From assembly GCA_965207225.1 (NCBI GenBank), contig CBDBLV010000004.1, positions 128,001 to 192,000 on the forward strand: a stretch of DNA of 64,000 nucleotides. Direction: 5' to 3'. The position numbers and the translations under genes were made by a program. The notes below the pieces were generated by a model. It did no database searches and was not told the DNA's origin. It was given only the letters and a program-made list of their open reading frames with translations. How positions within the stretch are numbered: the stretch's first letter is position 1; the number at the start of each line of letters is the position of its first letter. Source of the DNA: Dehalococcoidia bacterium. GTDB taxonomy: Bacteria > Chloroflexota > Dehalococcoidia > Plut-88900. Positions 49,688 to 58,579 of the stretch are shown piece by piece.

Positions 49688-49940
49688 GTCCCTGCTCCTC
49701 CTTCCGGCTAGCAACTCTCAAGCTGATGATCCGCGTTCTGTCACCCCTCTCGGTATATACGACCCTATAGAGCCGGCCGCCGATATATCCGGTGGCGATC
49801 CAGCGAGACTCACCATGTCGGTCGCTGGGTGCGGTCCTGGCGGTCTCCCATTCAAAGTCCAATATCGCTTCGAAGCTGACACGTCCTCTTTCTATGTTGG
49901 ACCGACTCTTGGCTTCATCCCACTCATATTTGATGTCCAT
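49674..49940 (-). CDS. brnT: BrnT family toxin (ribonuclease)
   Basis: YEWDEAKSRSN, GESRW...G, VVYTERG...RIISLR.AS.KE; overlaps brnA. Confidence 0.88.
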   Translation of the reverse strand: MDIKYEWDEAKSRSNIERGRVSFEAILDFEWETARTAPSDRHGESRWIATGYIGGRLYRVVYTERGDRTRIISLRVASRKEEQGHAGT

Positions 49941-50061
49941 ATTGTCCTGACATTATAACTGTTCATCAACAGGTGCAGGCCTGGCACGACATTAGTTAAA
50001 CCCCGAGGCCGTTGTTCACTTATAATGAAATGAACTTCCACTAACAGACAGGAACAGGAAC

Positions 50062-51402
50062 TTGCTTGAATCCTTAACCGAAAAGATTACAGGTGTACTT
50101 GAGCGGCTCGGGGGGAAGGCCAGGCTCACCGAGGAGACGATCAACGAGGCCCTCCGCGAAGTCCGGCTGGCCCTGCTGGAGGCCGACGTCAACTTCAAGG
50201 TGGCCAAGACCTTCGTGGCAAGGGTCAAGGAGCGCTGCCTGACTGCGGAGGTACTGGATGCCCTGACCCCATCCCAGCAGGTGCTGACCATAGTGCACGA
50301 GGAGCTGACCGAGATTCTCGGGGCGGAGGGGCATGACCTGGAGACGCCAGAAGACACTCCCGGTGTCATCATCCTGGCCGGACTGCAGGGCTCCGGTAAG
50401 ACCACGACTGCGGCCAAGCTCGCCCTGCATCTCCGACGGAACGAGAAGTCCGCCATGATGGTGGCCGCGGACTTACAGAGGCCCGCTGCCGTCGACCAAC
50501 TGGTCTCCCTCGGCAGGCAGATCAGCGTGCCCGTACATAGCGAACCCCCGGGCTCCGATCCGGTGGACGTGGCAAAGAACGGCTTGAGGGAAGCGCGGGC
50601 GGAGGGAGTTGACTGGGTCATAGTCGACACGGCGGGCCGGTTGAACATCGACGACGAGCTCATGGAGGAGCTTTCGAAGATCAAGAAAGCCGTCTCGCCG
50701 GACGATGCACTCCTAGTCGTCGACTCCATGACGGGCCAGGAAGCGGTCAGCGTGGCGGAGGAGTTCAACAAGCGTATCGGGCTGACGGGGCTCATTCTCA
50801 CGAAGATGGACGGCGATGCGCGGGGCGGAGCAGCCCTTTCGGTAACATCGGTCACGGGTGTGCCGATCAAGTTCATGGGAGTCGGGGAGAAGGCGGATGC
50901 GCTGGAGCCGTACCACCCGGACAGGCTGGCTTCGCGCATACTGGGAATGGGAGACGTCCAGACCCTGGTCGAAAAGGCCAAGGTGAGCATGGACGAGGCG
51001 CGGGCGAGGGAGATGGAGCGCAAGATGCGCAACGCCACCTTCACCCTAGAGGACTTCCTGGAGCAGATGCACCAGCTGCGGGACATGGGGGGCCTGGGGC
51101 AGGTGCTGGACATGATTCCCGGCATGGGCAAGCTGAAGAACCGGCTGGGCCCCGGCGACATAGACGACGACAAGCTGAAGAAGACCGAGGCGATTATCCT
51201 TTCGATGACCCCCGAAGAGCGGCGGAACCCGCAGATGATAGGCGGGAGCCGCAAGCGTCGGATCTGCAGGGGCAGCGGGACCATGCCACAGGACGTGAAC
51301 CAGCTGCTGAACCAGTTCCGGCAGATGCAGAAGATGATGAAGGCGATGGCGGGGTCGAAGCCGCGGATGCGGGGGCAGCAGCTGGCGCAGCTTTTCCGGT
51401 AG
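50062..51402 (+). CDS. ffh: Signal recognition particle protein
   Basis: ALLEADV, GLQGSGKTT, DTAGRL, TKMDGDARGG, RILGMGD, M-domain. Confidence 0.97.
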   Translation: MLESLTEKITGVLERLGGKARLTEETINEALREVRLALLEADVNFKVAKTFVARVKERCLTAEVLDALTPSQQVLTIVHEELTEILGAEGHDLETPEDTPGVIILAGLQGSGKTTTAAKLALHLRRNEKSAMMVAADLQRPAAVDQLVSLGRQISVPVHSEPPGSDPVDVAKNGLREARAEGVDWVIVDTAGRLNIDDELMEELSKIKKAVSPDDALLVVDSMTGQEAVSVAEEFNKRIGLTGLILTKMDGDARGGAALSVTSVTGVPIKFMGVGEKADALEPYHPDRLASRILGMGDVQTLVEKAKVSMDEARAREMERKMRNATFTLEDFLEQMHQLRDMGGLGQVLDMIPGMGKLKNRLGPGDIDDDKLKKTEAIILSMTPEERRNPQMIGGSRKRRICRGSGTMPQDVNQLLNQFRQMQKMMKAMAGSKPRMRGQQLAQLFR

Positions 51403-51536
51403 GGCGGCCCGGTTCTGGGCAGGGCGATTCGGCGATTGCGCCTGCCGGGGGCGAGGTCGGCTTGAGGCAACAGGACATCCCCACCCTTCAGATCCCCGGG
51501 ATTAAGTGGAGTCCCACCCGCCCACCCTGTCTTATT

Positions 51537-51571
51537 GCCATATCAAAAATGCGGTGCATTTTTGATATGGC
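51537..51571. terminator. Perfect 16-bp inverted repeat, likely bidirectional terminator
   Basis: GCCATATCAAAAATGC-GGT-GCATTTTTGATATGGC between convergent genes. Confidence 0.6.
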
Positions 51572-51642
51572 TTTACCAAGGGGGACGTCAAGGAAGAATG
51601 TGGACTGCATGGGACTGCGTGGATTTTGGGGAGTTGCGCCCT

Positions 51643-51930
51643 GGATTCCTCACGGGGCGTCGGAATGGGGAAGGGGGTCAGGGAGGGGGGCGGCCTCGGG
51701 CGATGCGGGGTTGGGGAGGTGGGGGTGGGTCTTCGTCATGGGGTGACGGGTCGGTGGTATGGGGGCCGACCGCCGCTCGCGCTTCGGGGGCCTCAGCACG
51801 AGCGGCCCCGCCGACGGGGAGGGTGTCAACGAAGGACGCTCCTACGGGTAAGGGTGTGGATTCAGTTATGGGCGTGAGAGATTCCTCGCGGGGCATCGGA
51901 ATGGGATGGGGGGCGGGGATGACGGTTAGG
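51643..51930 (+). repeat. Mixed REP-like cluster overlapping the 3' end of the 451-aa ORF
   Basis: Family B at 51643 and 51879, family A at 51773, GTAG-type (..GACGCTCCTACGGG) at about 51820-51848. Confidence 0.7.
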
Positions 51931-53033
51931 TCAGGCGGGTCTTCGCCGTAGTTGGGGTTGTCATCGTAGGGCGGGAAGTAGGGGGGTGGGTCATTATCAT
52001 CATCGGGGTCGGGGTCATTGTCGTCTTCGTCATCGGGGTCTTCATTTTCGAATAGGTAGTCTTCGACGTAGGCCTTCTCGTCCTCTTCCAAGGCATCCAT
52101 TACGGCGAAGTATTCGTCTTCTTCGTGGGGCCAGGGATCGTCGGGGTCTACGAGGCCGTATTTGCGCCGCTCATCCAGGGGAACGAGGTCTCTCCAGGGC
52201 CACCACTTGTCTCCGGGCTGGGCTTTGCGTACGGGGAGGAGGTCGCGGAAGTCGAGGTCGCCTCTGTCTACGTTGTCCTGGAAGACCTTCTTGATGAGGT
52301 TGTCGATCTGCTCTTCGTCGGTGAGCTGTTTGGGGGCCTTGGCCTGGGCGGACCAGGCCCGGATGATGAGCTGGAGGCATCGGTTGATCTGGGTGTAGTC
52401 GAGGGGGCGCGTGCTCAAGAGGCGGTTGGTCAACGAGCGGAGGAGGGCGATTTCGCCTTCGATGTCCGGGCTGTCGATGGACAGCCGGGGCAGGGAAGGA
52501 GAAGTGTGGGACAGGGAGCGGCGACGGTTGGGGCGTCGGCCCCTGGGCCTTCGGCCGCGCCCGACGGGGCGGGAAGTCTTCCGCGGCTTGCGGCCGCGGG
52601 CATCCGTGTCCTGGTAGGTAGCCTGGGCACGGGGACTCTTCCGCGGTGCAGCACCGCAGGCATCCGCTTCTACGCCCAGTGAGGCGGAGCGGGGACTCTT
52701 CCGCGGCGCAGTGCCGCAGGCATCCGCTTCTACGCCCGGTGAGGCGGAGCGGGGATTCTTCCGCGGCGCTGTGCCGCAGGCATCCGTGCCCTGGTAGGTG
52801 GCCTGGGTACGGGGACTCTTCCGCGGCGCTGTGCCGCAGGCATCCGTGCCCTGGCAAGCAGCCTGGGTACGGGGGTTCTTCCGCGGTCTGCGGCCGCGGG
52901 CATCCGCGAGGGGGTCGGGCTTAAGGAGACCAACCGCCTCTTGAGCAGGCGCCCCTTTTTGGGGGCGTCGGGGGCCCGGTTTGGCGGGTCCCCTGTTTGA
53001 CAAGGTCTTGTTGTGAAGTTTGGATGTAGACAT
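51678..53033 (-). CDS. Hypothetical protein with basic 20-aa repeats, helical core and acidic tail
   Basis: 451-aa ORF directly behind a good promoter; globular-looking core DIEGEIALLRSLTNRLL..YTQINRCLQLIIRA; function unknown. Confidence 0.55.
   Translation of the reverse strand: MSTSKLHNKTLSNRGPAKPGPRRPQKGAPAQEAVGLLKPDPLADARGRRPRKNPRTQAACQGTDACGTAPRKSPRTQATYQGTDACGTAPRKNPRSASPGVEADACGTAPRKSPRSASLGVEADACGAAPRKSPRAQATYQDTDARGRKPRKTSRPVGRGRRPRGRRPNRRRSLSHTSPSLPRLSIDSPDIEGEIALLRSLTNRLLSTRPLDYTQINRCLQLIIRAWSAQAKAPKQLTDEEQIDNLIKKVFQDNVDRGDLDFRDLLPVRKAQPGDKWWPWRDLVPLDERRKYGLVDPDDPWPHEEDEYFAVMDALEEDEKAYVEDYLFENEDPDDEDDNDPDPDDDNDPPPYFPPYDDNPNYGEDPPDLTVIPAPHPIPMPREESLTPITESTPLPVGASFVDTLPVGGAARAEAPEARAAVGPHTTDPSPHDEDPPPPPQPRIARGRPPP
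52571..52906. repeat. Tandem 60-bp repeat, about 5.6 units
   Basis: Units start at 52571, 52631, 52691, 52751, 52811, 52871; conserved ~36-nt part GGGGACTCTTCCGCGGCGCTGTGCCGCAGGCATCCG plus a 24-nt part of two types. Confidence 0.9.
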
Positions 53034-53040
53034 TAGGTCT

Positions 53041-53075
53041 GAACGTTAGTATAGAACGTATATGGCAGTAGTCAA
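53041..53075 (-). promoter_or_regulatory. Sigma70 promoter overlapped by two GAAC/GTTC half-sites
   Basis: Minus strand TTGACT-N16-TATACT; GAAC at 53041 and 53054 (13-bp period). Confidence 0.55.
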
Positions 53076-53206
53076 GAGGCTTTGGGAGCATTTTGGGGGG
53101 ATTTTCCCCCGGCCCCCTGGGGAACCCTCTCCGCCTAGCGCCCCGGGAGTAATATCAGTCCCGCCGGTGTTACGTTGCGGGAGCAAATCGGCGCTGCACT
53201 TTCACG

Positions 53207-53330
53207 GGGAACCCTCTCCCCCTTGGTCCCCCTCTCCCTTAGGGCCTTTAAGGGAGAGGGGGAGAGAAGAACAGAGGCCCAGGTGCGTGCAGAGCACGCA
53301 CCTGGGCCTCTAGTTCAGTACTGGGGAGGG
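53207..53330 (+). repeat. Double-hairpin element C, copy 1
   Basis: GGGAACCCTC..CCTTGGTCCCCCTCTCCC..TAAGGGAGAGGGGGAGA.AAGAAC-[18-bp hairpin]-AGTTCAGTACTGGGG. Confidence 0.85.
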
Positions 53331-53373
53331 GAGGAGATTCCTCACGGGGCATCGGAATGGGAAAGGGATGGGG

Positions 53374-54300
53374 TTATTCGGTCATGTTTATGCCGGCTTC
53401 GAGGCCGGCGTACATGTAGGTCATGGCGGGGACCTTGTAGTCGCCCCAGCGGTCGGTGAAGGCTTCGATGTCTTCGGGGGAGACGGCCCGGCCCTCCATA
53501 AAGACGTTGGAGATGGTCTTGAGGAGGTAGAGGTCGGAGGTGGGGAGTACGTCGAAGCGGCCGAGGGAGTGGCAGAGGATGCGCTGGGCGGTCCACACGC
53601 CGATGCCACGGTAGGCGACGAGGGTCTCGATGACGGAGTCGTTGCTCATATCGTGGAGGGCGTCGAGGTCCAGTTCGCCGGTCGATACGGCCTCGGACAT
53701 CCGGTGGATGTACTCGGACTTCCGGGCGGAAAGCTTGCATGCCTTAAGCTCTTCGACACCGGCTTCCATGAAACGCTGGGGAGTAGGGGAGAGCCAGAAC
53801 TCCTCGCCGTAGAAAACGGCGCTCCGGCCGTATTTTTCGATGAGTCGGCGCTGCATGGTGAGGGCGACGGCGGTGGAAAGCTGCTGGCCGAGGATGGTGC
53901 CGACGAGGGCCTCGAAGAGGTCGACGTCCTGGCCGGGCTTCAGGCCCCGGAACTGCCGTGCGGCCTTTCCCAGGCCTGCGTCCTGCTCGGCCATTTCGTA
54001 GAAACCGGTGAGATCGTAGTCGGTACACAGGCGCCATTTCACCTCAGATACAAGCGACTGCATGGAGGCTTCTTCCAACTCCTCTGCCTCGGCCCGGATT
54101 TCGAGCATGGGGTCTTCGACGCCGCCTGAGGAGGAAACTGTCAGGAGGGCGGGTCGGGAGTTGGCGCTAGTGACTCTTTTCCACACGCTGTCTTCGAACT
54201 TCTCAACGCCGATGCCCTCGGCGTACCAGCAGGCGCGTCGGGCAGTGAGCTCGAAGTTGAAGGGTGGAACGGGTTGGATGCGGGCGGTAAGGGTTTCCAA
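53374..54300 (-). CDS. alkA: DNA-3-methyladenine glycosylase II (AlkA-like, HhH-GPD)
   Basis: FEALVGTILGQQLS, LSARKSEYI, RGIGVWTA, LPTSDL. Start inferred at TTG 54300 after TGCTATACT; the upstream ORF extension overlaps hspR. Confidence 0.85.
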   Translation of the reverse strand: METLTARIQPVPPFNFELTARRACWYAEGIGVEKFEDSVWKRVTSANSRPALLTVSSSGGVEDPMLEIRAEAEELEEASMQSLVSEVKWRLCTDYDLTGFYEMAEQDAGLGKAARQFRGLKPGQDVDLFEALVGTILGQQLSTAVALTMQRRLIEKYGRSAVFYGEEFWLSPTPQRFMEAGVEELKACKLSARKSEYIHRMSEAVSTGELDLDALHDMSNDSVIETLVAYRGIGVWTAQRILCHSLGRFDVLPTSDLYLLKTISNVFMEGRAVSPEDIEAFTDRWGDYKVPAMTYMYAGLEAGINMTE

Positions 54301-54358
54301 GTCGGGGGTCAGTATAGCATTGGAGAAGCAGCCGGTGAGAGGAGCCTCTTTGAGGTAG

Positions 54359-54387
54359 TTGACACGCATCGTATCAACAAACATAAT
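54359..54387 (+). promoter_or_regulatory. Sigma70 promoter of hspR-grpE-dnaK
   Basis: TTGACA-N17-CATAAT. Confidence 0.7.
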
Positions 54388-54427
54388 GGCTATAGCATTA
54401 TCAGAGATAACACGGTAAAGAGAAGGA

Positions 54428-54784
54428 ATGAGGCAGATGAGACGAGAGGGCGTGTACGTGATGCGGGTCGCGTCCCGGCTTTCGGGGATGCACCCACAGA
54501 CACTGAGGAAGTACGAACGGGTCGGGCTCCTGGCCCCGACGCGAAGCGGTGCATTGCGGATGTATTCCGACGAGGACATAGCCCTCCTAAAGATGATAAA
54601 GTATTTGATTGGCAACGTGGGATTGAACGTAGCGGGGGTGGAGCTGGCCTTGCGCATGAGGTCGGGGCTTAGGGCCCTGAAGAGGCAGGCCGACGCCCTC
54701 CCCGAGGACACTCCCTCCAAGGACAACATGGAACGGACGATAGAGCAGATGCTCCGGCTGATAGAGGCCCCGGAGGCCCGGTAG
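54428..54784 (+). CDS. hspR: MerR-family heat-shock repressor HspR-like
   Basis: GVYVMRVASRLSGMHPQTLRKYERVGLLAPTRSG.LRMYS..DI, GLNVAGV; lies upstream of grpE-dnaK. Confidence 0.8.
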   Translation: MRQMRREGVYVMRVASRLSGMHPQTLRKYERVGLLAPTRSGALRMYSDEDIALLKMIKYLIGNVGLNVAGVELALRMRSGLRALKRQADALPEDTPSKDNMERTIEQMLRLIEAPEAR

Positions 54785-54789
54785 ACGAC

Positions 54790-55341
54790 ATGTCGATGGA
54801 CGAGGACTTCAACGAGTTCATCAAGGGTCGGGCGCCGGCCGATTCCGACCTCTCTACAAGGCTGGAAGAAGCTGAGCAGGAGATAAACCGGCTGCGGGAG
54901 CTGTTACAGCGTCATCACGCCGACCATACGAACTACAAGCGCCGGATGGAAGAGACGGAGGCGGAGCGGGCCTCCCGGGCGGCGGCGCACCTGGTTACGA
55001 GCCTGCTACCGGTGCTGGACGACCTGGACCGGGCGACGGGGTCGGGCCCCGAGGCGGACAGCGGGGGAGTCGGGACTGCGCAGGACCGGGTCTGGAAGGA
55101 AGGGATGGAGCTGATAAAACAGAAGCTTATGTCAATACTGGAGAGGGAAGGCGTCCGCAGGATCGAGGCGGTGGGCAAGCCTTTCAACCCGGTGCTCCAC
55201 GAAGCGGTCGCCCCTCATCCGACGGACACGGTGCCGGAGGACACGATAGTCGGGGTACAACAACATGGGTATACGCTCAACGGGGCCCTTTTGAGGCCTG
55301 CGAAGGTTACCGTGGCCCGGAGGCCACAACATACGCATTAG
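54790..55341 (+). CDS. grpE: Nucleotide exchange factor GrpE
   Basis: AD..NYKRR, LLPVLDDLDRA, FNPVLHEAV, GYTLNGALLRPAKVTV. Confidence 0.93.
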   Translation: MSMDEDFNEFIKGRAPADSDLSTRLEEAEQEINRLRELLQRHHADHTNYKRRMEETEAERASRAAAHLVTSLLPVLDDLDRATGSGPEADSGGVGTAQDRVWKEGMELIKQKLMSILEREGVRRIEAVGKPFNPVLHEAVAPHPTDTVPEDTIVGVQQHGYTLNGALLRPAKVTVARRPQHTH

Positions 55342-55383
55342 TTTAGTCATCAAGCCGTAGGAGGCTACGGAGGTAGGACCAAA

Positions 55384-57306
55384 ATGGCAAAAGTACTTGG
55401 AATAGACCTGGGGACAACCAACTCCTGCATGGCAGTCATGGAGGCGGGAGAACCCAACGTCATAGAAAACGCGGAAGGGGCGCGCACTACGCCCTCGATG
55501 ATCGGGGTGAATGCGAAGTCGGGGGAGAGGTATGTCGGGACCACGGCGAAGCGACAGGCGGTCACGAATCCCGACAACACAGTCTTCTCCATCAAGCGGA
55601 TGATCGGGCGTCGGTTCGGCGACCCGGAAGTGCAGAGGGACATAAAGCTGATGCCCTTCAAGATCGTCCAGGCTGGCAACGGGGACGCCCAAGTCGAGAT
55701 CGGGGGGAAGACGTATTCGCCGCCGGAGATCTCGGCGATGGTGCTGAGGAAGCTGAAGGAGGACGCTGAGGCGAAGCTCGGGGAGACGATCACCGAGGCG
55801 GTGATCACCGTTCCCGCATACTTCAACGACAGCCAGAGGCAGGCGACCAAGGATGCGGGCCGCATCGCGGGGCTGGACGTGCTCCGGATCATCAACGAGC
55901 CGACAGCCGCATCCCTGGCCTACGGCCTGGACAAGGAGGGCGAGAAGACCATCGCCGTGTACGACCTCGGGGGTGGGACATTTGACGTGTCCATCCTTCA
56001 GATAGGCGAGGGCGTGTTCGAAGTGAAGTCGACCAACGGGGACACGCACCTCGGGGGAGACGACTTCGACCAGCGGATAATCGACTGGCTGGTGGCGGAG
56101 TTCAAGCGGGACCAGGGGATCGACCTCCGGCAGGACCGCATGGCCCTCCAGCGCCTGAAAGAGGGTGCCGAGAAGGCCAAGTGCGAGCTTTCGACGGTGA
56201 TGGAGACGGAGATCAACCTGCCTTTCATCACGGCGGACGCCGCGGGGCCGAAGCACATGAATATCTCGCTGTCCCGGGCGAAGCTGGAGCAGCTGGTCGG
56301 GGACCTGGTGGACCGGACCGAGGGCCCGTGCCGCAACGCCTTGAAGGACGCCGAGGTCTCGGCGTCCGACATAGACGAAGTGGTACTGGTCGGGGGGCAG
56401 ACGCGGATGCCCGCGGTGGTGGAAAAGGTGAAGGGGGTATTCGGTCGGGAGCCGCACAAGGGCGTGAACCCGGACGAAGTGGTAGCCATTGGCGCGGGGA
56501 TCCAGGCCGGTGTGCTCAAGGGCGACGTGCAGGACATCCTGCTCCTGGACGTGACGCCGCTGACGCTCGGGATCGAGACCCTGGGCGGCGTGGCAACGCC
56601 ACTTATCCCGCGAAACACAACCATCCCGACATCCAAGTCCCAGGTGTTCTCCACGGCTGCGGACAACCAGCCGAGCGTCGACGTCCATGTGCTGCAGGGT
56701 GAACGGTCCATGGCGGGAGAGAACAAGACCATCGGGCGATTTCTGCTGGACGGGATACTTCCGGCTCCTCGTGGCATGCCGCAGATCGAGGTGGCGTTCG
56801 ACATAGACGCCAACGGCATCCTGAACGTGTCGGCGAAGGACATGGGCACGGGCAAGGAGCAGAAGATCACGATTACGGCAAGCTCGGGGCTGGAGAAGGA
56901 TGAGGTGGAGCGGATGGTGCGGGAGGCCGAGGCCAACGCCGAGCAGGACAAGCAGCGCAAGGAAGAGGTCGAGATCCGGAACAATGCCGACTCCCTGGCC
57001 TACGCTGCGGAGAAGATGCTGCGGGACAACGGGGACAAGGTGCCCGCGGAGCTGAAGTCCGAAGTCGAGGGCAAGATTGCCCAGGTGCGCTCTGCGCTGC
57101 AGTCGGGAGACGCCGCACAGATAAAGCGGGCCTCGGACGAACTCAACGAGTCGATGCAAAAGGTCGGGGCAGCGGTATACAGCCAGCAGCAGGGCCAGGG
57201 GCCGACGGACGGGGCAGACCCTTCAGGCGGAACCCAGCCCGGCCCCGACTGCCCCGGGGGGCCGGGGCAGTCGGGGCCGGTGGAGGGGGAGTTCAGAGAG
57301 GTCTAA
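55384..57306 (+). CDS. dnaK: Molecular chaperone DnaK
   Basis: [46 protein letters not shown]; ends EGEFREV*. Confidence 0.98.
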   Translation: MAKVLGIDLGTTNSCMAVMEAGEPNVIENAEGARTTPSMIGVNAKSGERYVGTTAKRQAVTNPDNTVFSIKRMIGRRFGDPEVQRDIKLMPFKIVQAGNGDAQVEIGGKTYSPPEISAMVLRKLKEDAEAKLGETITEAVITVPAYFNDSQRQATKDAGRIAGLDVLRIINEPTAASLAYGLDKEGEKTIAVYDLGGGTFDVSILQIGEGVFEVKSTNGDTHLGGDDFDQRIIDWLVAEFKRDQGIDLRQDRMALQRLKEGAEKAKCELSTVMETEINLPFITADAAGPKHMNISLSRAKLEQLVGDLVDRTEGPCRNALKDAEVSASDIDEVVLVGGQTRMPAVVEKVKGVFGREPHKGVNPDEVVAIGAGIQAGVLKGDVQDILLLDVTPLTLGIETLGGVATPLIPRNTTIPTSKSQVFSTAADNQPSVDVHVLQGERSMAGENKTIGRFLLDGILPAPRGMPQIEVAFDIDANGILNVSAKDMGTGKEQKITITASSGLEKDEVERMVREAEANAEQDKQRKEEVEIRNNADSLAYAAEKMLRDNGDKVPAELKSEVEGKIAQVRSALQSGDAAQIKRASDELNESMQKVGAAVYSQQQGQGPTDGADPSGGTQPGPDCPGGPGQSGPVEGEFREV

Positions 57307-57545
57307 GCTTCTCTTTCTTACGGTTCAATGAGGGCCCGACGTGCCAAGCGCGTCGGGCCTTTTTGCTTTTGGGCGTTAGATACGTGACTCTGCTTGCAGG
57401 GAACCCTCACCCCCTTGGTCCCCCTCTCCCCCTCGAGGGACTCGGGGCAGGCTTAGGGCCTGTAAGGGAGAGGGGGAGAAAAGAACAGAGGCATAGGCGT
57501 GTGCGTTGCACACGCCTATGCCTCTAGTTCGGTACTGGGGGAGGG
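57280..57545 (+). repeat. Direct repeat copy a (dnaK 3' end + terminator + element C copy 2)
   Basis: First 46 nt identical to 58473-58518; similarity continues for about 265 bp. Confidence 0.9.
57331..57364 (+). terminator. Rho-independent terminator of dnaK
   Basis: AGGGCCCGACGTGC-CAA-GCGCGTCGGGCCT followed by a T tract; duplicated at about 58525-58560. Confidence 0.8.
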
Positions 57546-57655
57546 AGAGGAGGAGAGGAAAGTGAGTGGCTAAGAAGATGATAGATTTTGGGTAAGGTGC
57601 TTCAGATCCCTCGCGGAGCATCGGGATGGGACAAGGGGGTCGGGATGGGATAAGG

Positions 57656-57680
57656 GGAGGGGGAGTTCAGGGAGGTTTAG
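57656..57680 (+). repeat. Second (short) copy of the dnaK 3' end
   Basis: G-GAG GGG GAG TTC AGG GAG GTT TAG = EGEFREV*; three synonymous differences from dnaK. Confidence 0.75.
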
Positions 57681-57770
57681 ACCTCCGTTTGTTCTTGCAA
57701 GCCATGAGATGGCCGTACATACTTGTTAGAATGGTGCACGTACAAGAGTGCATTCATCGGAGGTGCAGTG

Positions 57771-58043
57771 TTGGCTATTCCGGTTCGCAGGCCCGCTGAA
57801 GAAACTGCCCGCCTCGGCGATCGTATATACGAAAGAGATATACGACAACGGGTCGAAGCCATCCACCACGGAGAGATTATAGCCATCGACGTTGACAGCG
57901 GGAATTATGTCATTGCAGACGACGTCATTGCGGCGTCAGAGGGTCTGCGCGCCCAACGTCCAAATGCCGATGTGTGGCTAATCCGAATCGGGTATCGGGC
58001 CCTGGGAAGTTTCGGGGGCCATGCTCTGCGGAGACCCGATTGA
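57771..58043 (+). CDS. Small hypothetical protein (DUF5678-like partner of clan AA protease)
   Basis: GGAGGT RBS, own extended -10 (TGTTAGAAT, 57724-57732); RLGDRIYERDIR..HHGEIIAIDVDSG..RIG. Confidence 0.7.
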   Translation: MAIPVRRPAEETARLGDRIYERDIRQRVEAIHHGEIIAIDVDSGNYVIADDVIAASEGLRAQRPNADVWLIRIGYRALGSFGGHALRRPD

Positions 58044-58579
58044 TCGAGGGCCTCGTAAATTCCGACTATGAAGCCGTCGTAAGCGTTACCCTGCGAAGCC
58101 CGGAGGGGCAAACTCAGGAAGTAGACGCCGTGGTAGACACCGGCTTCAACAGATATCTGACCTTACCGCCTACACTTGTCGCGGAATTGGAAGCGGCTCC
58201 TTTAGGACGCAGCCGGTTGGTGCTAGCGAACGGCAATGAAGACACATTTGAAGTTTGCGCCGTTACGGTTCTCTGGGACGGCCAACCACGGTACGTGGAA
58301 ACCTACGTGGCTGATTCCACACCGCTGATAGGCATGCTTTTGCTCGAAGGACATAGCTTGTACATGCAAATCAAGGACGGCGGGCACGTAACCCCATACA
58401 GCCCGAACAATAAACGCATCTACAAGCCTGTGCAGACACTGCCTCGGCCAGACGCCTTGACGACCAGGGCAAGTGGAGGGGGAGTTCAGAGAGGTCTAAG
58501 CTTCTCTTTCTTACGGTTTAATGGGGGCCCGACGTGCCGAGCACGTCGGGCCCTTTTCTTTGGGGGGTCAGGTACGTGA
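58040..58579 (+). CDS. Clan AA (retropepsin-like) aspartic protease
   Basis: VDAVVDTGFNRYLTLP (DTG motif), LANG, PLIGMLLL; TTGA overlap with the upstream gene; C-terminus probably frameshift-extended. Confidence 0.82.
   Translation: MIEGLVNSDYEAVVSVTLRSPEGQTQEVDAVVDTGFNRYLTLPPTLVAELEAAPLGRSRLVLANGNEDTFEVCAVTVLWDGQPRYVETYVADSTPLIGMLLLEGHSLYMQIKDGGHVTPYSPNNKRIYKPVQTLPRPDALTTRASGGGVQRGLSFSFLRFNGGPTCRARRALFFGGSGT

Noticed and set aside
48128-49940. Mobile element or prophage (HNH + BrnTA)
   Set aside because: No integrase, transposase or terminal repeats; this HNH type is commonly chromosomal.
50016-51470. 484-aa minus-strand ORF
   Set aside because: Antisense shadow of ffh with no protein motifs. 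The same applies to most short overlapping ORFs in the track.
51403-51640. SRP RNA or other ncRNA downstream of ffh
   Set aside because: No SRP domain IV motif (TCAGG..GGAA..GAAGCAG) was seen; only a terminator-like inverted repeat.
52571-52906. CRISPR array (36-nt repeat + 24-nt spacers)
   Set aside because: The spacers are only two recurring types, the repeats are degenerate, the period is an exact multiple of 3 inside an ORF, and no cas genes are present.
54301-54729. N-terminal extension of the alkA-like ORF
   Set aside because: It overlaps hspR antisense and the dnaK promoter; homology-like sequence begins only near 54300.
55132-57159. 675-aa minus-strand ORF
   Set aside because: Antisense shadow of dnaK, a well-known spurious ORF in GC-rich genomes.
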